Positions 53,390 through 64,000 of a stretch of DNA of 64,000 nucleotides are shown here, in pieces. The stretch is from Calcarisporiella thermophila CBS 279.70 (taxonomy: Eukaryota; Fungi; Calcarisporiellomycota): contig NW_027192223.1 of assembly GCF_041956535.1 (NCBI RefSeq), forward strand, positions 45,879-109,878, written 5' to 3'. The notes beneath the pieces are model-generated. The model did not search any database, was not told the origin of the DNA, and saw only the letters and a program-made list of their open reading frames with translations. How positions within the stretch are numbered: the first letter of the stretch is position 1; every line of letters starts with the position of its first letter. The translations under genes and the position numbers were made by a program.

Positions 53390-53852
53390 CACTAGTTGCT
53401 TCCACGGCCAATCTCACCTGCGTTCTATATTTTGTTATACTTAGCGATTTCGAGAAAACAAAGATATAAAATTCATTTCGTCATCGCATTGTTTATTTGT
53501 GTGGCGCGGAAATACAAGGTGGCAAAAAATCGAAAAGTACTAAGGGTGTAAATGTGGGTAGTATAAGTTTTGGGTTCTTTTTACCCTTCTAATTTCTAAT
53601 TATACATACACAATAAGTATAATATAGATTATTGTAGTGTTCAAAGTTCTAATAAAAGATTCTTTTATGATTATCGCACGATAAGTTAGTCATTATAATG
53701 AATGCAGCCACAAGTATTTTGGAATGTTATATTCGTTTATTTGCTTAAAAAAAATAGAGAAAATGAAGAGACAAAAGCTCAGTTTAATTAGATCTAAAGA
53801 AAAAAGAAAACCGAAAAATAAAAAATAACCCAACTACACAGTGTGAAAATTA

Positions 53853-55499
53853 TTAGTCATCTGCATCCCAGTTTCCAGACTTTTTCGGGGGTTTGGGACC
53901 ACCAGCAGGTTTGCTAATAATGATGTTATCCACGCGGAGGACAGTCAGCGCGGCTGTGGTTGCCAAATGAATCGCCCATTGTTTGGCGGCAAATACATCG
54001 AGGATGCCACTTTTCTCTGCATCAATTGTTCCTCCTTCTTCTACATTTACCCCAGTTGTACGACCAGTCTCGGCGTCCTGGTGATGCGCAGCATAAAGTT
54101 TCGCTAACATCTCAGTCCCATCATGGCCAGCATTTTCCGCAAGCGACCGTGGCACAACTTCAAAAGCTTCAGCATACTTTTTGAGCACATGTTGATTCAA
54201 CCCAGGAGTCCGCTCAGCAATAGCCGATAGACGCTTTAGAATTTCCATTTCACTCGCACCTGCACCAGGAACTAATCTTGCGTCTTTCGTCAGTGCCTTA
54301 ACCACATTTACACCATCATCGATGGCACGCTCTACATCATCCATTTGGTTTTGTGTTGCTCCGCGGATCACAATTGTAACTGTGCGAGTGAGCTCTTGCT
54401 CCTGGCGGAAGACAGTGACATTATCACTTCCAATTTCAACGGTTTCAACCACATCACAAAAGCCCATTTCCTCAGCCATTGGAGCACCTAGACGCGCAAG
54501 AGCAGTGGCCCCCGTCACGCGACAGAGTCTGCGCAGATCAAACTTGGATAAGACCTTGACCACCATAATTCCATAACGATTCAAATAGTGAAGAGCTAAT
54601 TCTCCAACACTAGCCCCCGTGACTGCGACTTTGACGTTAGCATTGACAAGTTCCTTGACTGCAGTTTCGATTTGCATTTCCTCGCCGCGAGTGTATTCAA
54701 GCATTTCGGAAGCGTTGCGAAGAAGAACTGTTCCCTTTGTCTCGGTTTGCGAAATATCAATGGGACATGTAAATACAGCTATTTTAGCTTTTTCGGCGCG
54801 TTTCACCACTCCTTCTGGCTCGCGTCCAAAAACCATACCTCGTACCATCTGCGACTCATAAATACTTGCGCCCATCACTTTCACGACACGCACATTATCA
54901 ACATTGAAATGCTGGGGATTGCTAGGCATAATTGCGAGCGCAGCATCGATCACCAAATCTGCAAGAAGTTCTTCATGTCCACTTTGCTTAGAAGCAATTG
55001 CTGTGCGGACGGCGCTAGTCAGAAGGGATGATTTCTCCTTTAAGTTTTCAATCTTTTGAACGGGAAGCTCCTTGAATATTTCATTCGTTTTTTCAATAGC
55101 AAGCTCATACCCCGCCACAACATCGCTGGGGTGCAGCCCCATGCGCAGTAAATGTTCCGCATTTTGGAGCAATTCTCCAGCAAATACCAACACAAAGTTA
55201 GTCCCATCTCCAAATTCGCTCTCTTGTTGCTGAGCGCTCATCACAAGCAGTTTAGCCGCGGGGTGCACAACATCAAGCTCCCGTACGATTGTCGCCGCGT
55301 CATTTGTTACAAATAGTTTTTCAAGCTGATTGACGACCATTTTATTGCGTCCATTCGGGCCAAATGATGTACGTGTGATCTTGGCTAGTTCATGGGTAGC
55401 ATTAATGTTACGCAGGACAGCTTCGTCAATACCCTGCAGGAATTTGTAGCCTTCATTGAAGAGTTGCTGGTAACCGCCCCTGGGAATGCGAAGTGCCAT
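53853..55499 (-). CDS. CCT8: Chaperonin CCT theta subunit (intronless)
   Basis: RTSFGPNGRNKMVVN, TNDAATI, HPAAK, GDGTNFV, TETKGTVL, SKFDLRRLC, SKPAGGPKP..WDAD. Confidence 0.97.
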   Translation of the reverse strand: MALRIPRGGYQQLFNEGYKFLQGIDEAVLRNINATHELAKITRTSFGPNGRNKMVVNQLEKLFVTNDAATIVRELDVVHPAAKLLVMSAQQQESEFGDGTNFVLVFAGELLQNAEHLLRMGLHPSDVVAGYELAIEKTNEIFKELPVQKIENLKEKSSLLTSAVRTAIASKQSGHEELLADLVIDAALAIMPSNPQHFNVDNVRVVKVMGASIYESQMVRGMVFGREPEGVVKRAEKAKIAVFTCPIDISQTETKGTVLLRNASEMLEYTRGEEMQIETAVKELVNANVKVAVTGASVGELALHYLNRYGIMVVKVLSKFDLRRLCRVTGATALARLGAPMAEEMGFCDVVETVEIGSDNVTVFRQEQELTRTVTIVIRGATQNQMDDVERAIDDGVNVVKALTKDARLVPGAGASEMEILKRLSAIAERTPGLNQHVLKKYAEAFEVVPRSLAENAGHDGTEMLAKLYAAHHQDAETGRTTGVNVEEGGTIDAEKSGILDVFAAKQWAIHLATTAALTVLRVDNIIISKPAGGPKPPKKSGNWDADD

Positions 55500-55675
55500 G
55501 TTTTATGATGATGCTTTTTGAAAAGTTGACGGAAGATCAGCGAAGACAGTAGAAGAAAACACGAAATTGTTTATTTCGATAATTGACTGCGCCACAACAC
55601 CACTTTTAAAGCTTAAATAGATACTGTAAATTCAAAGATTGAAGCTGAAAATATTTTGATATATTAACTATTTAT

Positions 55676-58653
55676 TTATATTTCTGACGCTATATTAGGG
55701 AGATTGTATTTCTTATGTTGGTAAACCATTAAATCTTTAGATGAAATGGAAGGTGTAATAATTCGGAGAGCTTCTAAAAAATGTTCCATGCCCTAAGAGG
55801 AAAAAAAATGAAATATGATAATTCAGCAGCTGACAAAATCATACATACCACTTCACTTGAGACGCACATGTCCCGTAAAACTGTCATTGCGGCCTCACGG
55901 CAGAGATTTCTTAAATCTGCACCGCTAAAATTCTGTGTCTAAAGGCAATATAGTGGAATTATAAAACATTTCCCTATAAAAATCCTGCGATATTGATTCT
56001 CTACTTTATCCGCAATAACTTTTAGATCAACGTCTGCCTTGAGAGGGACGTTGCGAGTATGTATACGAAGAATCTGGAGTCTTGCGATAGTATCAGGCAG
56101 TGGAACCTAATAAAAATGATATTTAGAATTTTAAATGTTGAGTTTGGACAATAAAATATGAATTTAACCCTCACATAAATCAGTCGATCAAATCTTCCAG
56201 GGCGGAGGAGTGCGTCGTCAATCATATCCAATCGGTTCGTCGCGCCCTAATAGTCATATCATATAGTCAATAAGTACATAGTGAAATATATTCTCTAGTA
56301 GGTTTGTCAACACCAACCATCACCAGCAGAGAGGAGGCTATCTCTACCCCGTCCATTTCATTTAATAATGTACTCAGTACTCGTTCACGCACGCTATCTC
56401 TTCCTACACTGCCCTCTGAATTAAAATCGCGCTTTCCAACGATCGAATCCACCTCATCAAAAAAGATAATTGCTGGTGCACTTGCTCGGGCTTTCTGAAA
56501 CGTTTCCCTGATCGTCTTCTCCGAATCCCCTACATATGGCGAATAAAGCTGCGCACCATTGATAGAGAAGAAACTTGCTCCTGCAGTGTTGGCCACCACC
56601 TGCATCAAAAACATCATCTTACTAATAACCCCCAAATTATTTTTAACCAATATCTCTTACTTTAACAAGAGTTGTCTTGCTACATCCGGGCGGACCATAT
56701 AATAATACACCTCGCGGTGGTCTGAGCCCTAGGCGATCGAAAGTAGAGTGAAATTTCAGTGGCCACTCTACGGCCTGTTGAATTTGCTTCTTGACTTGAT
56801 CAAGGCCCCCAATATCATCCCACGACATACTCTCAACCGGAACCTGTAAACCGCGCTGAATCGAGGGGGGAATTTTTGCTAAAGCTCGCGAGAAATGTTC
56901 ACGAGTGACAAAGCTTTTGATAAGCAGAGATGTAAATTAGTCGTTGCCACTAAAGTTTTATAAATATAGGCTTCAAGAGAATAAATTATTATTACCAATT
57001 ATTAATTTTGGATTTATCTTCAATATGGTCCTGCACTGCTATCATCGCGGCCTCTCTAACGACGGCAGCTAAATCTGCGCCTACATATCCATTTGTAACA
57101 TTCGCTAACCATTGAATATTTATATCACCCTCATTATTTGTCTTATTAAGTGGTATTTCTTTCAACATATCCTTCAACATTCTTCTCCGTGTTCCCTCTC
57201 CAGGAACTTCTATTGCAACCTCACGGTCAAACCTACCCGGTCGACGAAGTGCTGGGTCTATAGAATTCGGACGATTTGTTGCTCCAATCACCACCAGCTG
57301 CCCTCGCGATTCCATCCCATCCATAAGGGTAAGAAGCTGAGCAACAACACGCGATTCATGCGCTTGTGCGTTAGCGCGCTGAGGGGTTAGAGCATCAAGC
57401 TCATCCATAAATAAAATACAAGGTGCATGACTTCTGAGAGCAAGATCCTTTGCCTGCTGAAATTTTAATCGAAGATTCGCTTCACTCTCCCCTGCATGTG
57501 GGGCATACACAGAAGGACCGTGGAGTGTAACAAGACTAGCACCACATACTTTAGCAATCTTAGTAACGAGATATGTTTTGCCCACACCAGGAGGACCATG
57601 CAACAGAACTCCTATATAAAAACTAAGTTATAAATTTGCAAATAAATCAAGAGAATAAAATGAGTAATGAGTATTAACCTTTAGGACATTCAACATTAAG
57701 TTTTTGGAGATAATGCGAAAAAACTAATGGATATCCAACAACTTCCAATAAAGCTTCGTATGCCCGTTCCAGCCCGGGGATGGTTGAAGTCTCGAGTGTC
57801 AGCGCGCGTAAAGAACTAACTAAATTTTTTTGGGCATGATCGGTCTCTTCTATTACTGCTATGCGAGTGGTTTTGGTAACAAGAAATAATTCAGCTGGAC
57901 TAGAGGGGGGAATAGTATTGTGAACCTGAGTTGAAGGTTGTTCACAAAACAGAATGAGGTTTATGAATGAAGATAAAAGAACAAAGTTAGGCAAGTATTC
58001 AATACCTTTATCTTTAACGATTCACATGCTTCAGAGCCAATAGTGCATCCCGATGATATTGCGAGACCATCAAGTATATTTCGCAATATCTGCATAATTG
58101 ATATGATAAATACAGTGCATAATATATTGAAGCAATAAACTGCGATTTTCGTATTTCTCTTTCGTACCTGTTCTTGTAAATGGCCAGGGGAATCTAAAAA
58201 TTTCTTTAAAATATCAGAAGACCGTTCTTTATCGATGGAAATTGTGACATTAATGCAGGGTTTTGGAGACGGTATTAGAGAGATAGTACCTAAGGAAGAG
58301 TGCAATCAATCTCTTAAGTTACCGTTATATTCGAATTATCAAATATTTACATGCATCAGTATCCAATATTTCATCGTCGTAAGTTGTTAATTTAATAAAT
58401 AAATCTGCCTGTACAATTTCTTCTGACAAACTTGAAGGCCAGGCACAACATACCCAGTGCTATTCCAAAAATATTTATGCTCAATTAATATATTATTATT
58501 GATTGTAATTCCTTAAGTCACCTGATTTCGTGTAGCAATTCTAACCCATTCACCTACTCCAACCCCCGCTCTTTCCATTCCCCTGCGAAATATTCTGCAA
58601 CGAGCTGTACCTTTTTCATCATTCCCCAGGGGCAAAATTCTATATTTTGACAT
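55676..58653 (-). CDS. AFG2B: Type II AAA+ ATPase AFG2B / SPATA5L1-like, multi-exon
   Basis: D1 has [42 protein letters not shown]2 has [22 protein letters not shown] and [13 protein letters not shown], closer to SPATA5L1 than to Afg2/Cdc48. Confidence 0.8.
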
Positions 58654-58940
58654 ATTTTAACTAGGTTTAAAGTACGGAGATTTTTGCCACTCTATCTAAT
58701 AAACAATAAGCGCAGCAATTTGATCATCGCTTACATGGGAATTGTATGTTCGGATATTTTAAATCTTTATTTTTTGGAAATACCAGGTACCGTTTTTATA
58801 TTATATTAATGCAGGAAAAAAGTATAAAAAGGGCAACCTCCACAATACAATCTTATAATTACAATTATTTTTTTCTTAATTATTTGTATATTCTTTTGTT
58901 AGGCATAATTATTCCATTGTGACTGATTTAATTGCACAAG

Positions 58941-59443
58941 ATGCGCATTACCGCAATACTACTTCTTTCTCTTGCTGCATATTCGCACGCGATTCCAGTC
59001 ATTCCCAAAAATGTAAACGCTGTAGACCTGACTGCGATAGAGCGCCGCGGCATGTTAAGCACACTCGGCAAAGTGATGACCGCATACGGATATTACAGAC
59101 ATTGCAAGAAAGGCATGGGGGAATGTCTAAAATACGGGATGGAGAGGCAGCTGAAAAAGATGAGGAAAAAGAAGAAACAACAATCAAAGACGAAGAAGGC
59201 TAAAGACAAGGAAAAGAAGGCGAAAGAGAAGGAGAAGATGGAGAAAAAAAGGAGAAGGCGAAGAAGAAGGAGAAGATGGAGAAAGAGAAGATGTTAAAGG
59301 CAAAGGAGGAGAAGGAAAAGGCGAAGGATAAAGCGGAGAAGGCAAAGAAGAAGGCTAAGAAGGTGGAAGAGGAGGACGAAGAAGAAGTGGAAGAAGAAGA
59401 GTGTGGAATGATGTGTTGGTTTAAGAAGCACTTCGATTGGTAG
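58941..59443 (+). CDS. Secreted pre-pro-protein with cationic core and K/E coiled tail; one frameshift at the A7 run 59244-59250
   Basis: Signal peptide MRITAILLLSLAAYSHA and dibasic ERR site. The K/E repeat continues in the -1 frame to ..EEECGMMCWFKKHFDW* (TAG 59441-59443). TATAAAA at 58823. Confidence 0.7.
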
Positions 59444-59640
59444 GCAAAACCGTTTGATCTATAGAGCACATTTTTTCTAAGTTAAACGTTTTCCAATATA
59501 AATGTGTAATAGAGAATTTAGTTAATAAAATATTAATAATTTACTACATATAAATTCATTTCATACAAAATGAAGAAAAATAACTTAAAAGCTTTATTTC
59601 GTTTCAACGTTATCTGGGTTGCTAAAATTTAAAGCTGATA

Positions 59641-59648
59641 TGTGACTG
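59641..59648 (+). promoter_or_regulatory. HomolD-type box TGTGACTG upstream of NOG1
   Basis: Exact 8-mer about 125 nt before the ATG. Confidence 0.65.
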
Positions 59649-59765
59649 TTTATTTCCCTTATCCAATCAAAAAGTTTGTTGACAATTTATTGTTTTTACC
59701 TTGACTTCGTTTTTTGTCCGAAAATTTTTCTTTACTTTGCATATTTTCTTTCGCCGAAATATACA

Positions 59766-61902
59766 ATGTCATTATATAATTTCAAACGAATCCAGCCGGT
59801 TCCAACGGCAAATGACTTCATTGATATTGTTCTATCAAAAACACAACGCAAGACACCCACAGTAGTGCACAAAAACTATGCCATTTCCCGTATTAGACAG
59901 TTTTATATGCGGAAAGTCAAGTTTTCGCAGGATGCGTTCGAGGAAAAACTAAAGGATATGCTGGAAGAGTTTCCAAAACTCGATGTATGTCGATTGTGAA
60001 CACCTTATTTTCTTAATATTGGGTAAAAAAATACTGACGCTTGAATTATTCGTTTAGGATATTCATCCATTCTACGCTGACTTGATGAATGTGCTGTACG
60101 ATCGTGATCATTACAAACTTGCTCTCGGCCAAATTAATACTGCCCGCCATTTAATCGACCAGGTCGCAAAAGATTATATCCGAATGCTGAAATTTGGAGA
60201 TTCACTCTACCGCTGTAAGCAACTTAAACGTGCTGCGCTCGGTCGCATGGCCACGATAATGAAAAGACAGAAAGATAGTCTTGCTTACCTTGAACAAGTT
60301 CGTCAACATCTGGCCCGTTTACCTACCATTGATCCCAATACACGCACCCTACTGGTATGTGGTTACCCCAATGTTGGTAAGTCGAGCTTTATGAACCGGG
60401 TGACTCGGGCAAACGTCGAAGTACAGCCGTACGCTTTTACAACAAAGAGCTTGTTTGTGGGCCATCTTGATTACAAGTATTTGCGTTGGCAAGTGATTGA
60501 TACGCCAGGTATTCTCGACCACCCGCTTGAGGAAAGGAATACGATTGAAATGCAATCAATTACTGCCATGGCCCATTTGCGCTCGTGTATTATGTTCTTT
60601 ATGGATTTATCAGAGCAGTGCGGTTACAGTGTTTCCGATCAGGTAGTGTATACCTCTTTCTTTCCAATACTTCTCTCACACAATTACATTCCAAATGCAT
60701 TAATTAACTTGTAAATATTATTTTTTATAGTGCAAATTATTCCACAGCATCAAACCTCTCTTTTCGAATAAACCTACCATTCTCGTCATTAACAAAATTG
60801 ATGTGATGCGACCGGAGGATTTACCTGAGAGTGACCAAGCGCTGTTGAAGGAGATAATTGAGCAAGACGGAGTGCAGATGGTGCAAATGAGTTGCCATAA
60901 TGAAGAGGGTGTGATGGAAGTTAAAAATACGGTTAGTTGTGGGAATATCTATTTTTCAGTTAGCGCTCTTGTTAAATTTTGGTCTCCTTTTGTTAGGCTT
61001 GTGACAAGCTTTTGGCTTCTCGTGTAGAAGTGAAGATGAAGAGCCATAAGATCAATGACGTCCTTAACAAGCTCCATCTAGCTGAGCCAGTTGCTCGCGA
61101 TGATGTTTCCCGACCACCCACTATTCCAGCGGAAGCTGTTGGTCGTGCTAAATATGATTGGAACAACCCTGAACGACGTAAATTAGAGAAGGATCTTGAA
61201 GTTGAATCTGGAGGAGCTGGTGTATACAATGTCGACCTCAAGAAATTATACCTACTCAAGGATGATTCGTGGAAACACGATGCAATTCCAGAGATTTGGG
61301 AAGGCCACAATGTTGCTGACTTTATTGATCCAGATATCGAAGAAAAACTAGATGCCTTGGAGCGAGAAGAGGAGCGACTTATGGCCGAAGGCTTTTATGA
61401 ATCGGATGAAGCTGAAGAGCTGGACCCCGAGGAGGAAGAGACTCGCGCAATGGCAGAGAAAATTCGTGAACGCAAGAGGCTGATTGTGCAGGCGCATCGC
61501 TCGGCAAAGGGCAGAAATGGACCCATCATTCCAAAGAAAGTTCTTGCAAAGAAAGCAACCAAGCAACAAATGGATTCAAAACTCGGGGATCTTGGTCTTG
61601 ACACATCCGAGGTGCGTGCACGCAGCGTGACAAGGAAGCGTGCACGAAGCGAATCTCGCGCGGAAAGCAGTGTTCGATCGGAAAGTGTTGCGCGTGGTAC
61701 ATCGAGCATGGGACGCGATAGAAGCACAATGGGATTGCGCAATGTACGGCAGAAACTTGAGGCTGACAAAAAGCAGAAAATTGTCCAGAGAGGAAAGGCT
61801 CTCTTCGCCAAAAAAGGCGAGGCAGATCGCGAGATCCAAGTCAAAAAGCCGAAACACTTGTTCAGTTCAAAGATGTCCATGGGCAAGCGCGACTGGCGCT
61901 AA
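59766..61902 (+). CDS. NOG1: Nucleolar GTP-binding protein Nog1 / GTPBP4, 4 exons
   Basis: [67 protein letters not shown]. Confidence 0.98.
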
Positions 61903-62097
61903 ATGGTTGGCGCTATGGGCCAAGCTTTATTTTCTTCACCCTCTACACTACTGTTCTCTTATTTTTCTTTTCTCATTTTTCGATTTCGCCGTTTTTCTTC
62001 GTATTTCTTACACCCAGTATATCTAATAAAAGTATAACATATTTAATTCGAATGTCATATTTAAAGGTCACGAAAGTACATTTCACAGTCATATCTA

Positions 62098-62105
62098 CAG
62101 TCACA
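62098..62105 (+). promoter_or_regulatory. HomolD-type box CAGTCACA upstream of ESF1
   Basis: Exact 8-mer about 55 nt before the ATG; near-copies CAGTCATA (62086) and AGGTCACG (62065). Confidence 0.65.
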
Positions 62106-62155
62106 TTGTAAATATCTCAAGAGAAGGATAAACTCACTATTTCTGGTTTACTCGA

Positions 62156-64000
62156 ATGGTTAGAGCAATGCCAGACAAAAATTCGAATAAGAATAGATCA
62201 AATACGAAAAAAGACGGATCGAATGCTCGGAGAGGCAAGTCCAATGAGCGCAATAAAGGTCCGATCACAGTCGATCCTCGTTTTGCTCATGTTCATAATG
62301 ATCCTCGCTTCAAGCGACCAAAAAAGAAAGACCAGAAAGTGGTCATCGACAAACGATTTTCAGTGTTGTTAAAAGATAAAGAATACACTGGTGCACGTAA
62401 GTCTATATATGTATCTTATATTTAAATTTTGCTTTTGTATTTATGATTATAATTTTCTAAATAGCAAAGGTCGACAAGTACGGGAGGCCAATTGCAAGCG
62501 ATAAGGCAAAAGAAGACCTGAAAAGATATTACAAACTCGACGAAGAGGATGAGTCAGATTCAGTTGAGGACAGTTCTGATGAGGAAAAATCTTTGGAGGA
62601 TCTGGAAACTCTCCTACAGAAAGAGGAGGAAGAGGAGGAAGAGGAAGAAGAGGAAAAGAGAATATATGATCCAGCGAGAGGCGAAGGAGTCTTGTCCTCT
62701 TCAGATGAATCGGATATAGAAGAATATGATGACAAAGAAGAGAGTGAAGAAGCTCAAGAATCCGTGAGTTATATAGACTTTTTTTCTTTCAGAACCATCT
62801 TGATATATTTATGTCAATTTAATAGTCAATACCACTTGGCGAAGAAACTCGTAGAATAGCTGTTGTCAATATGGATTGGGACCATGTCCGTGCTACTGAT
62901 TTAATGAAAGTGTTCAGTGGATTCAAGCCAAGCGGGGGTGTAATTCGATCCATTAAAATTTACCCTTCAGAGTTCGGCAAAGAGCGGCTGGAAAAGGTAC
63001 ACATTGAAAACTGTTTGCAGTTGACTGCAATGAAGGACTATATTCTATTTTAATATTATTAGGAGGCTAGAGAAGGTCCACCCAAGGAAATTTTTAAGGA
63101 CGTAAACAGTAGTGACGTGGAGGATGAAGAAGAAATAAATGAGAAGACAATAATTAAAGAGGATTCAGGAGAGGAATTCAATATGGAGCAACTCAGAAAG
63201 TATCAATTGGAACGTTTAAGGTAATTCAACGCAAATTACAGGATATTATAATTCAGTATCAATTAACAAGTGCCAACATTCTCGTAGATATTATTATGCG
63301 GTTATTGACTGTGACACAGTGCAAACTGCTCGTGCCCTCTACGAAGCTTGCGATGGACGTGAGTTTGAGAGTAGTAGCAATTATTTTGATATGCGATTTA
63401 TTCCTGATGAGATGGAGTTTACTGATGAGCCAAAGTATGCTAAATCACCTCTAATAATTTATACTCACAATATTAAATGATTTTCTTATGAATGCACAGA
63501 GATGTTTGCACTCAAGCACCTGACAATTACAAACGTATCGATTTCGTAACCGATGCATTACAGCACTCTAAAGTAAAGCTTACATGGGACGATGATGATC
63601 CTGACCGTATGAATATCACACGTCGCAAATTCACAAAGGAGGATCTAAAGGATATGGATTTCAAGAGCTATCTTGCTTCTTCTGACGAAGACGACGAAGA
63701 CGATGAAGAGAAAGGAGCTGCAATGCGCGAGAAATATCGTAGTCTATTGAATGGTTCGGAGTTGCCAGACGATGACGTTGACAAAGAAATGGAAATTACA
63801 TTTGCGCCGGGGCTAAGTGAGGCAGCCGCAGAGCTCTTGGAGAAAAAGAAACAAAAAGAGGCAAGTGTTCAAAATTGATAACAGACAAGTTAAATCAAGA
63901 ACTTACACTTATTATCTAGGCTCAAGAGAATGAAACCTCCTTAGAGACATATCTCCGAAAGCAACGTGAAAAGAAACAGGCCAAAAAGCAAGCGAAACAA
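62156..64000 (+). CDS. ESF1: Pre-rRNA processing protein Esf1, multi-exon, truncated by the window end
   Basis: DPRFAHVHNDPRF, VDKYGR, DPARGEG, RIAVVNMDWDHVRATDL, IYPSEFGKERL, LRKYQLERL|RYYYAV, DFKSYLASS, MEITFAPGL. Confidence 0.96.

Noticed and set aside
59720-59730. RRPE-like GAAAATTTTTC upstream of NOG1
   Set aside because: Only one good instance in very AT-rich DNA, and no PAC (GCGATGAG) pattern was seen at the other RiBi promoters.

Overview
Intron-rich eukaryotic DNA, most likely from an early-diverging (non-Dikarya) fungus; this is inferred from short AT-rich GT-AG introns, fungal-type proteins and an AFG2B/SPATA5L1 orthologue. The window has two compartments. Bases 1-11.4 kb are accessory: tRNA-Gly(GCC), an ABCB/MDR transporter, a degenerate tRNA-like Pol III unit, three pieces of L1/Tx1-type non-LTR retrotransposons, tRNA-Asn(GTT) and two paralogous small secreted proteins. 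Bases 11.5-64 kb are a dense housekeeping block of 23 protein genes. Nine of them are ribosome-biogenesis (RiBi) factors (NOP7, NOP58, NOG2, UTP22, BUD21-like, RPA190, AFG2B, NOG1, ESF1), and the NOG2 intron carries an snR191/U19 H/ACA snoRNA. They are interleaved with translation/folding and mitochondrial-biogenesis genes. Promoters in this block repeatedly carry a HomolD-type TGTGACTG box, a GTGGC(GCAG/TT) motif and a forkhead-like GTAAACA. The best candidates for undescribed biology are (1) a physically clustered RiBi regulon with a shared promoter code, (2) a 32-bp upstream element shared by two unrelated tRNA genes, and (3) LINE 3' ends stacked at one target motif just upstream of a tRNA-like unit. 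Exon boundaries were read by eye and no database searches were run.
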